Shown: positions 8,595 to 18,143 of the stretch, in pieces
Layout of the letters: each line of letters opens with the position of its first letter
Position numbering within the stretch: the stretch's first letter is position 1
Assembly: GCA_965216785.1 (NCBI GenBank)
Contig: OZ244197.1
Coordinates: 864,001-928,000 of the forward strand
DNA from: Thermodesulfobacteriota bacterium
GTDB taxonomy: Bacteria; Desulfobacterota_D; UBA1144; Nemesobacterales; UBA2774
Direction of reading: 5' to 3'
DNA: 64,000 bases
The notes under the pieces: generated by a model
Told to the model about the DNA's origin: nothing
What the model saw: only the letters and a program-made list of their open reading frames with translations
Databases searched by the model: none
Position numbers and translations under genes: made by a program

Positions 8595-9884
8595 TTACTC
8601 TGATTGTGAAAACACCTGAATGCGATTATTAAACGAATCTACTACGTATATATTGTTCATACTGTCCACTACTATGCCAGCTGGAGAATCAAACTGCCCA
8701 ATCCCATTGCCGTTTATACCTGCCTGGCATGGAGTATCTTCAGTGGTACAAACTTGAAACTCATTAGTACCATCATCTACCCCCCACCCAAACATAAAAA
8801 GAAAATTAGCTGAAGAATCAAACACCTGGATGCGATGTCGTCTCGTATCTGTTACGTATAAATTATTCATACCGTCTACCGCTATGTCATCAGGATCAAA
8901 AAACTCTCCAGGCCCATCACCGAATGAACCAAACATAAAAAGGAAACTACCTTCAGAATCAAACACCTGGGTGCGATTATTAAACGAATCCACTACGTAA
9001 ATATTCTTGATACTGTCTACCGCAATGCCAAAAGGGAGATTAAACTGCCCTGCTCCACCACCTTCTAAACCTGCCTGACATGGAGTATCTTCAGTGGTAC
9101 AAACTTGAAACTCATCAGTACCATCATCTACTCCCCACCCAAACATAAAAAGAAAATTCCCCGCGGAATCAAACACCTGGACGCGGTGATTAGGAAAGTC
9201 TGAAACGTATATATTATTCGAATTGTCTAATGTTATACCAGCAGAACCATCAAACTGCCCTGCTCCACCGCCAACTGAACCTGCCTGGCAAGGAGCACTT
9301 TCACTGGTACAAATTTGAAACTCATCGGTATCATCATCTACACGCCACCCAAACATAAAAAGAAAATTCCCCGCGGAATCAAACACCTGGACGCGGTGAT
9401 TAGTTGGATCTGAAACGTATATATTATTCATACTGTCTACTGCTAAGTCATTAGGGAAATGTAACTGCCCTGCTCCACCACCTTCTAAACCTGCCTGACA
9501 TGGAGTATCTTCAGTGGTACAAACTTGAAACTCATCAGTACCATCATCTACCCCCCACCCAAACATAAAAAGAAAATTCCCCGCGGAATCAAACACCTGG
9601 ACGCGGTGATTTATGTTATCTGCAATGTATATATTATTCATACTATCTAATGCCATGCCGCCGCTGAGTGAACTAAATATGGATTCAAAAAGCACGGGAG
9701 ATCTGTCTCCGTCTCCATCACCTTCTCCATTTTCGATGTCTCCATTTCCTCCGCTACTCTGACTACATCCACCGATATTACCAAGAGCAAATACGACAAG
9801 CAATAAAGAAACTACTATATGTCTGGTTATATACATCATACACCTCCTAATAGCCTCAATCTCATCAGATGTAAATAATAACAA
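8595..9884 (-). CDS. NHL-repeat beta-propeller lipoprotein with Cys-loop inserts (start likely ~9840)
   Basis: IGGC lipobox; repeated AVDSxNNIYVxDxxNHRVQVFD blades; near-identical 210-bp DNA repeats. Confidence 0.9.
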   Translation of the reverse strand: MLLFTSDEIEAIRRCMMYITRHIVVSLLLVVFALGNIGGCSQSSGGNGDIENGEGDGDGDRSPVLFESIFSSLSGGMALDSMNNIYIADNINHRVQVFDSAGNFLFMFGWGVDDGTDEFQVCTTEDTPCQAGLEGGGAGQLHFPNDLAVDSMNNIYVSDPTNHRVQVFDSAGNFLFMFGWRVDDDTDEFQICTSESAPCQAGSVGGGAGQFDGSAGITLDNSNNIYVSDFPNHRVQVFDSAGNFLFMFGWGVDDGTDEFQVCTTEDTPCQAGLEGGGAGQFNLPFGIAVDSIKNIYVVDSFNNRTQVFDSEGSFLFMFGSFGDGPGEFFDPDDIAVDGMNNLYVTDTRRHRIQVFDSSANFLFMFGWGVDDGTNEFQVCTTEDTPCQAGINGNGIGQFDSPAGIVVDSMNNIYVVDSFNNRIQVFSQSE

Positions 9885-9896
9885 AGAAAAACCTAG

Positions 9897-10622
9897 CTAG
9901 TCTGAGCCAACCGAAAGATTTTCCGCAAAATTAAAAATATTCTTTTTACCGATATTAAGGCTTTTGACTCCTTTAGCTTTCATCTTATCTATAATCATAT
10001 TACGAGCCTCGTTAAGGTCTGCAGTAACAAATGGCACAACATCTTCACAGTCACCACTTAGGTCAATTCCAAATGGGATATCGGCAACAACTAAGTCGTT
10101 AACTTCAAGCATTTCTCCGTTCTCCAGCCTAACGCATTCTCCACTAGCATCAGAAAATACGTCCAATATCAATGCTGTAAAAATATCGCACATATTCTCT
10201 CCTTGAGCTGAAGCACCTAAACCAATGACAGCCCCAGAATCTGGTATGTCCGACAAAGTTAAGGCAACATTCTCTCCATCAGAGGTTAAACCAATCAGGA
10301 CAGCATTATTTGCATCAACAAAAAAGTATCCTGTATCACTAAAGTCTGTATTAAGTGGTGGAGCTTGACATTGAGTCGGTGGTGAATTTGTAGGTGGCGG
10401 TACAATACCACATTCGGGAATACTATTACACATCCTCCCAATTTGCAACTGTCCGCCGAGACCGTCACATTCAGCTTTATTAGTACCGTCCAAGCAGGCG
10501 TTCTCTCCTATTACACAGCAGCCTTCATTTGTTCCACCACCACTGCTTCCGCATCCCCCCACAGTTGCAAGTCCTATAAAAACAAACAAAACAGCAATTC
10601 CCAATAATCTTAGATAACTTAT
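9897..10622 (-). CDS. Cys-rich hypothetical lipoprotein
   Basis: LATVGGC lipobox; GCC..C..C..C..C motif. A GGAGG RBS precedes an in-frame ATA at 10622 (the track start is TTG at 10604). Confidence 0.75.
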   Translation of the reverse strand: MSYLRLLGIAVLFVFIGLATVGGCGSSGGGTNEGCCVIGENACLDGTNKAECDGLGGQLQIGRMCNSIPECGIVPPPTNSPPTQCQAPPLNTDFSDTGYFFVDANNAVLIGLTSDGENVALTLSDIPDSGAVIGLGASAQGENMCDIFTALILDVFSDASGECVRLENGEMLEVNDLVVADIPFGIDLSGDCEDVVPFVTADLNEARNMIIDKMKAKGVKSLNIGKKNIFNFAENLSVGSD

Positions 10623-10702
10623 GATAACCTCCCCAATACCTTAGTAATGTCTAAATATTATTGCATAAGTCATACCAGAACTATTTGTACAGTAATTAAG
10701 GT

Positions 10703-12472
10703 TTAAGGAGGGGCATCGCATGGAGTCCCGTCAGCTAATCGACATGGTTCAAACATAAATACATCAGTCGCAACAGAACTTAAATTACCGAGGTTATCTT
10801 CCGCTTGTACAGTCCATATCCAGTCATTGAGGTTACTATCTATTACAAAGGAGTTGCAGCTCAATTCAGTAAAATTTGAATCCTGCACAAAAGTATCGAT
10901 AATAGGAAAAATAGCACCAATGCGCATTGCGAAAAGGTGGTAGCCTCTTATTCCGTTTGGCGAAGTGGCATCTGTCCAATCAAAAAATAAGCGGAAGCCA
11001 AACCCACGTGTCTGGTCAAACGGGCAACCGATATTCGGATTGTTTTGTTGAATGATATCGTTGTTAATAGGAGTCAATAGAATAGGGGTTGTTACGGTTG
11101 GTGCTGGTGCATTATCTGATAGCACTTTCATTAAATCTTCTATCATCTCTCGAATTGCCATTTGTGCCTCATCAGTGGGTAATGGTGGAGGTTCTGAATC
11201 TTGGATTTCGTAAGCCCCAATATCACAAGCTACTCCATTTGGACGGGGGAAGCCACGTTGATCTTCATTTATTAACAAACCCTGTGGATCAAGGCATCCC
11301 GAGGGATCTCCCATATCTATTGCAGGACTTCCTTCAAGTAGTGCGTGTGTATTTGTTGGACCTCCATTGGCAGCAAGTGTGTCCAACAGCGGGTCAGTAA
11401 AAGGCTTATCACCCTCTTCAATGAGGTCGCATGTTCCATCACTATCAATATTATAGCCATTTGAAAATATTACACCGAAATCTCCGTCACAATCTGTACC
11501 AAATAAATTGTTTGCGATAATAGTATTACTAAGTTCCAGGTTGCCATTACTAAAGATACCGCTACCTTCTGTACCCGCAGAGTTACCGTATATAGTGCTG
11601 TTTGATATAAAAGAATTTCTAGAAAATATAAAGATGCCACCTCCCTGAGTGTCTGAAGAATTTCCTGATACCGTGCTGTTTGTCATATCTATCGTGCTTC
11701 TGAATGTAAAAATACCTCCCCCATCAGAGCTACTAGTATTTCCTGATATTGTGCTTTTGTTTATTTTTACTGTATTAAAGTCAGCGGACACTCCACCTCC
11801 AAAAGTTGCTGAGTTTCCTGATATGGTACTGTCGTTAATTTCTTGGGGACTAGTTAACATTACATATGAAATGGCCCCTCCGTGGCTGCCTGCAGAGTTT
11901 CCGGACAATGTGCTGTTGTTAACTATTAATGTACCTTTGTTGTTATGAATAGCTCCACCAGATAAGAGTGCAGAATTCCCAAACAACATACTGTTGTTGA
12001 TTTCTAATCTGGCTAAAAAGCAACAGTCTATATAAATACCACCACCGTTGCTGTTATTTCCACTAGCACAACCATTGCTTACTGATATATCGTTCAGTAT
12101 TAGGTCTCCGGTTTGGGACACATGAAAGATACGGAATTCAACGCCCACCCCATCACAAGGAATATTGCTCGCACTTCCTACGATATTTGATCCGTTACCG
12201 TTGATTGATAGCTCGCTCGTTATGCTTGGAAGACCATTAACTCCATCAGCTGGAAATGGAATCCTGCCATCATTAGCTGGCGATAAGGTATAGGTGGAAC
12301 CGTTAGCAAGATTGATAGTATCTACTTCACCATTAGAGTTAGATGTAATAATGGCATCTATTAGTGCACTAACATCACCAGGTGGAATATTGAATACTGC
12401 GGAATGTGATGAAACTGGGAGTATCTGTAAGAATAAGATGAAGGCTATGACTAATATTGTTAAGTTTTTCAT
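10703..12472 (-). CDS. Secreted beta-helix (Pmp-like GGAI/SGNSA repeats) protein with choice-of-anchor Q domain
   Basis: Signal peptide; SGNSAxxGGGI repeats; NGGPTxTHALLxGSPAIDxG...DQRG..R...CDIGAYE. Confidence 0.85.
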   Translation of the reverse strand: MKNLTILVIAFILFLQILPVSSHSAVFNIPPGDVSALIDAIITSNSNGEVDTINLANGSTYTLSPANDGRIPFPADGVNGLPSITSELSINGNGSNIVGSASNIPCDGVGVEFRIFHVSQTGDLILNDISVSNGCASGNNSNGGGIYIDCCFLARLEINNSMLFGNSALLSGGAIHNNKGTLIVNNSTLSGNSAGSHGGAISYVMLTSPQEINDSTISGNSATFGGGVSADFNTVKINKSTISGNTSSSDGGGIFTFRSTIDMTNSTVSGNSSDTQGGGIFIFSRNSFISNSTIYGNSAGTEGSGIFSNGNLELSNTIIANNLFGTDCDGDFGVIFSNGYNIDSDGTCDLIEEGDKPFTDPLLDTLAANGGPTNTHALLEGSPAIDMGDPSGCLDPQGLLINEDQRGFPRPNGVACDIGAYEIQDSEPPPLPTDEAQMAIREMIEDLMKVLSDNAPAPTVTTPILLTPINNDIIQQNNPNIGCPFDQTRGFGFRLFFDWTDATSPNGIRGYHLFAMRIGAIFPIIDTFVQDSNFTELSCNSFVIDSNLNDWIWTVQAEDNLGNLSSVATDVFMFEPCRLADGTPCDAPP

Positions 12473-12535
12473 TTATCCTCTCACCCTGAAATAAATTCAC
12501 TTATACAGTAAGTCAAATAGCCTTTTGCTTATTCC

Positions 12536-12564
12536 ACTCTAGTATACTGCACCCAAATTGTCAA
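12536..12564 (-). promoter_or_regulatory. Hybrid sigma70 promoter for 10703-12472, with the -35 inside the MITE IR
   Basis: TTGACA-17 nt-TAGAGT on the minus strand. Confidence 0.5.
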
Positions 12565-12674
12565 GCATTAGTTACCTTGGAGTACTAGATGTTAAACAAT
12601 ACGAAAATAAAGATTAACAATTGCTGGGTAGGAGATCAGTTATAGAGAGGTTTGATATAATGGGGAGCAGTATA
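12543..12674. mobile_element. 132-bp MITE with IS3-family-like ends
   Basis: Ends TATACTGCACCC and GGGGAGCAGTATA are inverted to each other and match the IRs at 3932 and 5290. Confidence 0.65.
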
Positions 12675-12753
12675 AGCAGTATTACTACACCAAAAACGAC
12701 CATATCTTATAGATTATTTATATTCTCTATAAAATTTTCTGTATTCTGGATTT

Positions 12754-13275
12754 CTACTGCACTAATAAAACTAAGTTGCATGAAACATCTGTCCTACGAT
12801 CCATCTCTCTATCTAATATTTGAGAATGGGTCATTCTTCCGTCTTCTGACGAACCATCAATGCTAAATATCTGCCCGAGTCCATAGTTGTCGGGACTTGA
12901 TATACTTATAATTCTGCATCCAATTTGTCTCCAAAAGAACGAGCCACCGATTTCCATATTTAATTCACTTCCTTCAAAGACCAAGCCACCGAATGCCGTA
13001 CTTTCTCCTGTCCCATCAGCGTAAATAGAGAGCTCGTATTCTTCGTCAAAATCGTTAGTACAACTCCAGAATGAGTTTGCTTCTTGAGCATTGGGTCCGT
13101 TCGTAATATCAACAATCTTGAAGTCTGTTAAATCACTGCAACGAGGAGGGGGGTCAGGACAAAATCCTCTACAGTCATCTCCCCCACAACCACCTATTAC
13201 ACCAAAAGCTATTATTAGGATGAGAACTGCAAAAGATATATCAAATCTATTCATACTACTCTCATTGTAACGCAA
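12754..13275 (-). CDS. Hypothetical lipoprotein
   Basis: AFGVIGGC lipobox; several Cys residues. Confidence 0.7.
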   Translation of the reverse strand: MRYNESSMNRFDISFAVLILIIAFGVIGGCGGDDCRGFCPDPPPRCSDLTDFKIVDITNGPNAQEANSFWSCTNDFDEEYELSIYADGTGESTAFGGLVFEGSELNMEIGGSFFWRQIGCRIISISSPDNYGLGQIFSIDGSSEDGRMTHSQILDREMDRRTDVSCNLVLLVQ

Positions 13276-13277
13276 TG

Positions 13278-14300
13278 CTAATACACTGTAATTGAATAAC
13301 CTCTTTCATTTAAGCATTCTCGGTAATATTTATTCGACTTCTTGAAAAACTTAACGCCTCCTGGCTTTGACTTAACATTATCATATGTAAGCCTCATACA
13401 TTCATCCCTGTCTTTCTGCCACTTAGTTTTTTCATACTTATCCTTTGTAGGATGTACGTTTACAAATGGATTTAATTTCCCCGACTCGCATATTGAATAA
13501 TAGCTGCCATCTGAGTAATAGCCCCCTTCTACATGCTCGGCAATATCACCGACAGGATGTCCTTTCTCTATGCATTCAAATTTGCAAGCCCGTGACTTTT
13601 CATGGCATGATAGAAGCCCCTTAAAATATTTTTGCCTAAAATCCTCGAGTGGACCGCCACAAGTGTTTGAATATTTAGAATCACATTCCTCAATACACAT
13701 TCTTTCATCAATACCTATGTATTCGACCACATAAATACCTTCATATCCGAATTGATTTTCATAGATTCCGTATGTTCCAACTAATCCTGTTGCGAACTCA
13801 TCTCCAAGGTGGAACTCAGGATAATACGGCTCACACCCCTCACCCTCAACAAAACCAGAAACCGCTCCTAGGGTAGAAGAGATAGCTGCTGACTCCAGGC
13901 TTATTGCTCCAGAATAAAGAATAGCAGCAGGAGGAGCTAGAATAACCGCAGATGTTACACCGACCGTAAGTATAGTAATCATGAGAGCGTTTTTCCCAGC
14001 ACTAACAGTCTCTTGTTTCATCCCCGTTATATCGCTTAAGAGAACTTTTATATTCTCTCCGAATATGGCTTCATCTGTAACCTCTGTAACCTCAAATTCT
14101 GTCTCTTGGTTATCCTTGGTAACTATTTTTACCGTATCACCGGGTTCAATTACGGACTGGATGTTCACAGGGTCAGGGTAAACTGCGGTATGGGATGCAC
14201 AGGAGGCTAATATTAAAAGAAAAGCTGCTAAGATAGTTGCACCAGTCCGCATTAATTCACTATCTTTATATTGATTAGCGCAGTCCAAAGTTTTCTTCAT
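13278..14300 (-). CDS. Hypothetical lipoprotein with Cys-rich C-terminus; paralog of 14297-15070
   Basis: LASC lipobox; shared IxPGDxxKIVTKDNQExEFEV..GENIKV domain followed by a hydrophobic segment. Confidence 0.75.
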   Translation of the reverse strand: MKKTLDCANQYKDSELMRTGATILAAFLLILASCASHTAVYPDPVNIQSVIEPGDTVKIVTKDNQETEFEVTEVTDEAIFGENIKVLLSDITGMKQETVSAGKNALMITILTVGVTSAVILAPPAAILYSGAISLESAAISSTLGAVSGFVEGEGCEPYYPEFHLGDEFATGLVGTYGIYENQFGYEGIYVVEYIGIDERMCIEECDSKYSNTCGGPLEDFRQKYFKGLLSCHEKSRACKFECIEKGHPVGDIAEHVEGGYYSDGSYYSICESGKLNPFVNVHPTKDKYEKTKWQKDRDECMRLTYDNVKSKPGGVKFFKKSNKYYRECLNERGYSITVY

Positions 14301-15070
14301 TGGTTATTTTCGTTATAACATTTACGTATACATGACTCGAGAGGATGGCATAGTTCCATACCTTCAAGTTTAGCACGACCGTAACTAGCACGACCGTAAT
14401 ATTGTTGCATTGTATTATCCGTATTACTCACTCTATTATTACAATTGTGATTTTTATCGCACTCTTGGGCACATATTTCTTCCTCTATAGTTCTTTCTTT
14501 ATAAGTGTAGAAGTCCGGATGGTATTCATAACTGGTGCCGGTAAATATCAACAATTCTCCAGCCTGTTCAGCAGTAGACCCTAGAGTATCTGATAAAGCT
14601 TCGTATTTTGAGCCTCCATACGGCGCACCAAGTACACCTAGTGCCAGATAACCAGCTAAACTAAATGTAAATATAGAAATTAAAAGTGTTTCTTCCCCGC
14701 CACTTGCAGTCTCTTCCTCTATGTCTGTTATATCTGTAATAGGAACCTTTATATTCTCTCCGATTATATATTCGTCGTTAACCTCAATAACCTCAAATTC
14801 AACTTCCTGGTTATCCTTGGTAACTATTTTTATTTTATCACCGGGTTGTATCTCTGATTGTATGTTCGCTGGGTATGGATGAATTGTTTTGTTTGAGGTA
14901 CACGAGGCTATAAGAAAAATTATTATTAAAAAATGAATATAGAGTAATTTACGTATTCCACACCCTCCAATGGTGCCTAGTGTAACAAATATTAATAGAA
15001 TAAGTTTAAGTTTTTTCATACTATCATTACCCTTATTAAGGCGTAAAAGGCTGCCTTTCACCTTCTCCAA
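14297..15070 (-). CDS. Hypothetical lipoprotein with two consecutive signal peptides (start likely MKKLK, ~15019)
   Basis: TLGTIGGC followed by IFLIASC; same N-domain as 13278-14300. Confidence 0.72.
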   Translation of the reverse strand: MEKVKGSLLRLNKGNDSMKKLKLILLIFVTLGTIGGCGIRKLLYIHFLIIIFLIASCTSNKTIHPYPANIQSEIQPGDKIKIVTKDNQEVEFEVIEVNDEYIIGENIKVPITDITDIEEETASGGEETLLISIFTFSLAGYLALGVLGAPYGGSKYEALSDTLGSTAEQAGELLIFTGTSYEYHPDFYTYKERTIEEEICAQECDKNHNCNNRVSNTDNTMQQYYGRASYGRAKLEGMELCHPLESCIRKCYNENNQ

Positions 15071-15428
15071 TTTTGTTATATTCAGGCTGTTCTATTCCAA
15101 CATGTTCATATTCAATTATTTCCATTTGAGGACTGCCTAATGCATTGGTATCGCCATCTTCATATCTTTCTATTCTCTCATCGCATAAAGCATCATCATC
15201 TGCCCACTTTTTATCAAAGTAATACTTTTCTGTACACAAATCTAAAGGCGGTAGTCCTTGTTTTTCTCTCTCAATATTCATTTCATTATATTGAGCCATA
15301 AATCTTTCCTTACCTGCTCTAGTTTCAGCTTTTTGTGCTTCAATAGCTGTACCTGTTGCTATCATTGCTGCAGATAAACATCCTGTATTTAGGATACAAA
15401 TTATTAAAAGTCCAATCAGTTTTTTCAT
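15036..15428 (-). CDS. Hypothetical lipoprotein; paralog of 15519-15902
   Basis: NTGC lipobox; NIEREKxGLPPLDLCTEKYxFDxKWAD motif. Confidence 0.8.
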   Translation of the reverse strand: MKKLIGLLIICILNTGCLSAAMIATGTAIEAQKAETRAGKERFMAQYNEMNIEREKQGLPPLDLCTEKYYFDKKWADDDALCDERIERYEDGDTNALGSPQMEIIEYEHVGIEQPEYNKIGEGERQPFTP

Positions 15429-15518
15429 AACCTAAGACCTCCAGTTTGTTAGTAATCCAGTAAAACTAATCTCATTAATGCCAGAAGGCACTATAAATAA
15501 GTCGTAAGGTTTCAATTA

Positions 15519-15902
15519 TTAAGGTTCCACTGGTTGCTTGTCTCCAGATCTTTGATAATTGGGCTCGACACTATGGGGATTAACTTGGTTTGATTCGTCA
15601 ACTTCTCTATTTCCCAGAGCCGTGCTATCACCCGCTTCATATCTAATAATTCTTTCTTTGCATTCTGGATCATTATCCGCCCACTTTTCGTCAAAGTGAT
15701 ATTTTTCTGTGCACAAATCTAATGGTGGTAAGCCTGCTTTTTCCCTTTCAATATTAGTCTCGTTGAACTGTTCCATGAACTTTTCATTTGTCCTATTAGT
15801 TTCACTACGACGATATGTATCAACAACTACTGCCTCTATACATCCAGTACTTAAAATTGAAAGACATGTTAAGAGAATCAGATGTGTATTTATAAGATTC
15901 AT
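15519..15902 (-). CDS. Hypothetical lipoprotein; paralog of 15036-15428
   Basis: STGC lipobox; same conserved core; AGGAG RBS. Confidence 0.8.
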   Translation of the reverse strand: MNLINTHLILLTCLSILSTGCIEAVVVDTYRRSETNRTNEKFMEQFNETNIEREKAGLPPLDLCTEKYHFDEKWADNDPECKERIIRYEAGDSTALGNREVDESNQVNPHSVEPNYQRSGDKQPVEP

Positions 15903-15944
15903 TAGCCTCTCCTTTTCAGTCTATGAATTGCCTATACGGTGCTA

Positions 15945-16991
15945 TTATGGACCGATACCTGTATTGTGATCAGAAATGATTGTCCGATTGCCGGTGAATT
16001 GATCTACGTAAACTACTGCATTTAGACCCGAGTCAAGCACTACAAAATCCCCATTTGCAGTAATCGTTATATCAATAGGAATCTGAAAGAACGGTCCACT
16101 TCCCCTGCTGTCATCGGAAATTATTGATCGATCTCCCGTGAACTGATCCACATGCACGACCGCGTTTAAGACACTATCAACTACAACAAAATCCCCATCC
16201 CTAGTAACTACTAAATCTATAGGGTGTTGAAAAGTGATGCCGCTTCCAGTTTCCATATCGGATACAATCGTGCGATCACCAGTAAGCTGATCAACATACA
16301 ATAAGTCCATTGAATTTGGATTTACTATCACAATATTCTCATCTGCCGTGAGTGCCAGTCCAAAACCAAAGGGTATTGGACCACTGCCATTGCTGCTATC
16401 GGAAATTATTGTACGATGGCCTGTTTCATGGTCTATATGTGTTACAGCGCCGTCACCCACAACAACATAATCCCCGTTCTGAGCGACAGCTACATCTTGT
16501 GGGAATATAATGTCGGGGCCAGTACCTGTTGCTAAATCGGAAATTATCCTACGGTCCCCTGTTATCTGATCTATATGGAATATTGCATTTGATAGTAAAA
16601 CGGCCACCACAAAATCTCCATTTGGTGTTACCGCTATTTCGAAAAAGCCTGTAAATATCGGGCCACTTCCTATGTTTATGCTAGAGACAAATGTGCGGTT
16701 GCCTGAATCAAAATCAACACGTATTACGGAACCAGGACTCAGTGGAGCAAGCAATCGATTTTCATTGGTTTGATTTTTACCTACAAAATCATCTGTAACT
16801 ATAAAATCCCCATCAGTGGCCATTGCTATACTAGTAGGAGATCTAAAGCCCGACACTCGGACATTATTACTTTCTGATTCTTCTGACATATCACAGGCTG
16901 TCAAAGCTGTAGTAACAACCAAGACAAATAGGATTAAAACTTTAAGAAAATTCAGTTTTGAGCTAATCATATGAAACAACCCCAATGTCAA
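15945..16991 (-). CDS. Beta-propeller repeat lipoprotein
   Basis: LTAC lipobox; repeats of GDFVVxD..VxHVDxxTGDRTIISD...GSGP. Confidence 0.8.
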   Translation of the reverse strand: MTLGLFHMISSKLNFLKVLILFVLVVTTALTACDMSEESESNNVRVSGFRSPTSIAMATDGDFIVTDDFVGKNQTNENRLLAPLSPGSVIRVDFDSGNRTFVSSINIGSGPIFTGFFEIAVTPNGDFVVAVLLSNAIFHIDQITGDRRIISDLATGTGPDIIFPQDVAVAQNGDYVVVGDGAVTHIDHETGHRTIISDSSNGSGPIPFGFGLALTADENIVIVNPNSMDLLYVDQLTGDRTIVSDMETGSGITFQHPIDLVVTRDGDFVVVDSVLNAVVHVDQFTGDRSIISDDSRGSGPFFQIPIDITITANGDFVVLDSGLNAVVYVDQFTGNRTIISDHNTGIGP

Positions 16992-17000
16992 AAATTCATA

Positions 17001-17111
17001 TTAATCTTTCATTCTATTTACTACTTCTAATGTAAAGAAGAAAAGCGCTACAAGTACAGGACATAAACCGTAAATACAAACATCTATAATCTCACTAAAC
17101 CACGCATCCAT
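17001..17111 (-). CDS. Putative 36-aa membrane peptide
   Basis: MDAWFSEIIDVCIYGLCPVLVALFFFTLEVVNRMKD; preceded by AGGAG..GAGGTG RBS. Confidence 0.45.
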   Translation of the reverse strand: MDAWFSEIIDVCIYGLCPVLVALFFFTLEVVNRMKD

Positions 17112-17149
17112 AATCACACCTCGCTCCTGTAATCTATTTTTAAAGACCC

Positions 17150-17323
17150 TTATCCATAATTCATACGTTTCCACTTAGTTATGTCTATTAATGTGCTCAC
17201 ATCTGTAATTGAATCGTGGAGCAGTGTATAGATCCCGAGGGTGTAGAAGCTGAAGAAAATGAGAATAAGAGAGCAAATCCCCAGGATTTGAAGTAGATAT
17301 TTAAATCTTTTAAGTTCGTTCAT
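17150..17323 (-). CDS. Putative 57-aa membrane peptide
   Basis: MNELKRFKYLLQILGICSLILIFFSFYTLGIYTLL...; GAGGT RBS; divergent from tetR. Confidence 0.5.
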   Translation of the reverse strand: MNELKRFKYLLQILGICSLILIFFSFYTLGIYTLLHDSITDVSTLIDITKWKRMNYG

Positions 17324-17366
17324 TTCTTACCTCACTTTAAGTCGTATTAAATTTCCCCTTCAAATA

Positions 17367-17436
17367 ATGAACACCGTTTAATTTCATCATAGCACATAAT
17401 TGAACACTGTTCAAGAGGTAATTTAACAATGTTCAA
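17367..17436. promoter_or_regulatory. Three putative TetR operators, consensus TTGAACAnTGTTCAA
   Basis: atgaacaccgtttaa (17367), the perfect palindrome ttgaacactgttcaa (17400) and tttaacaatgttcaa (17422). Confidence 0.8.
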
Positions 17437-17453
17437 AAAAATCAGTTATACTC

Positions 17454-18062
17454 ATGAATATGGGAAGAAGAAGCGATCATTCGCGTGATAAGATTAAACA
17501 AATGGCTATAGATGCAGGAAGGAATTTAATAGAAACTAAAGGGTTTTCAGGGCTTAGTGCAAGGAAGGTTGCAAAAGAAATAGGGTATACGGTGGGAACT
17601 CTATATAATGTATTCGATAATTTCACTGACCTAATCTGTCATATAAACTATGAAACATTGGATAGGCTAAAGACACATCTTGAAGAAAACTCCAAACCCG
17701 GCAAAAACAGAGTCGATGCGCTAAAACAGTTAGGAGAGTCATATGTTGAGTTTGCCAGAGATAATACTCACCTTTGGTCTGCTCTTTTTGAATTTCAGCA
17801 TCCAAAGGATTATCTATTACCAAAATGGTATTTAGATAAGGTCCGCAGCATTTTCGAACTGCCAGTAAAAATTATAGCCCCTATATTTAAAGGAGATATG
17901 AAAAAGGCAGAATACGAAACAAGGGTAGTATGGGGAGGAGTTCACGGTATATGCCTTCTAGGTATAAGCGATAGACTTGGTCTTGGCAGTGACGAATTGC
18001 TCAAATCAAAAGTAAATTCTCTTATCACTAATTATATGAGAGGAATGGGTGTTGAAGAATGA
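17454..18062 (+). CDS. TetR/AcrR regulator with WHG C-terminal domain
   Basis: GLSARKVAKEIGYTVGTLYNVF HTH; WGGVHG. Confidence 0.95.
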   Translation: MNMGRRSDHSRDKIKQMAIDAGRNLIETKGFSGLSARKVAKEIGYTVGTLYNVFDNFTDLICHINYETLDRLKTHLEENSKPGKNRVDALKQLGESYVEFARDNTHLWSALFEFQHPKDYLLPKWYLDKVRSIFELPVKIIAPIFKGDMKKAEYETRVVWGGVHGICLLGISDRLGLGSDELLKSKVNSLITNYMRGMGVEE

Positions 18063-18143
18063 ATTCAGCTAGATAATTCCTCTTTTATTCATGAGAGTTT
18101 TCTCACGCTAACAGCCTTATGTAATCTGACACGTGAGCACAGA

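Noticed and set aside
14371-14399. 15-bp-period tandem duplication (YGRAS-YGRAK)
   Set aside because: A single in-frame slippage event with no sign of a system.
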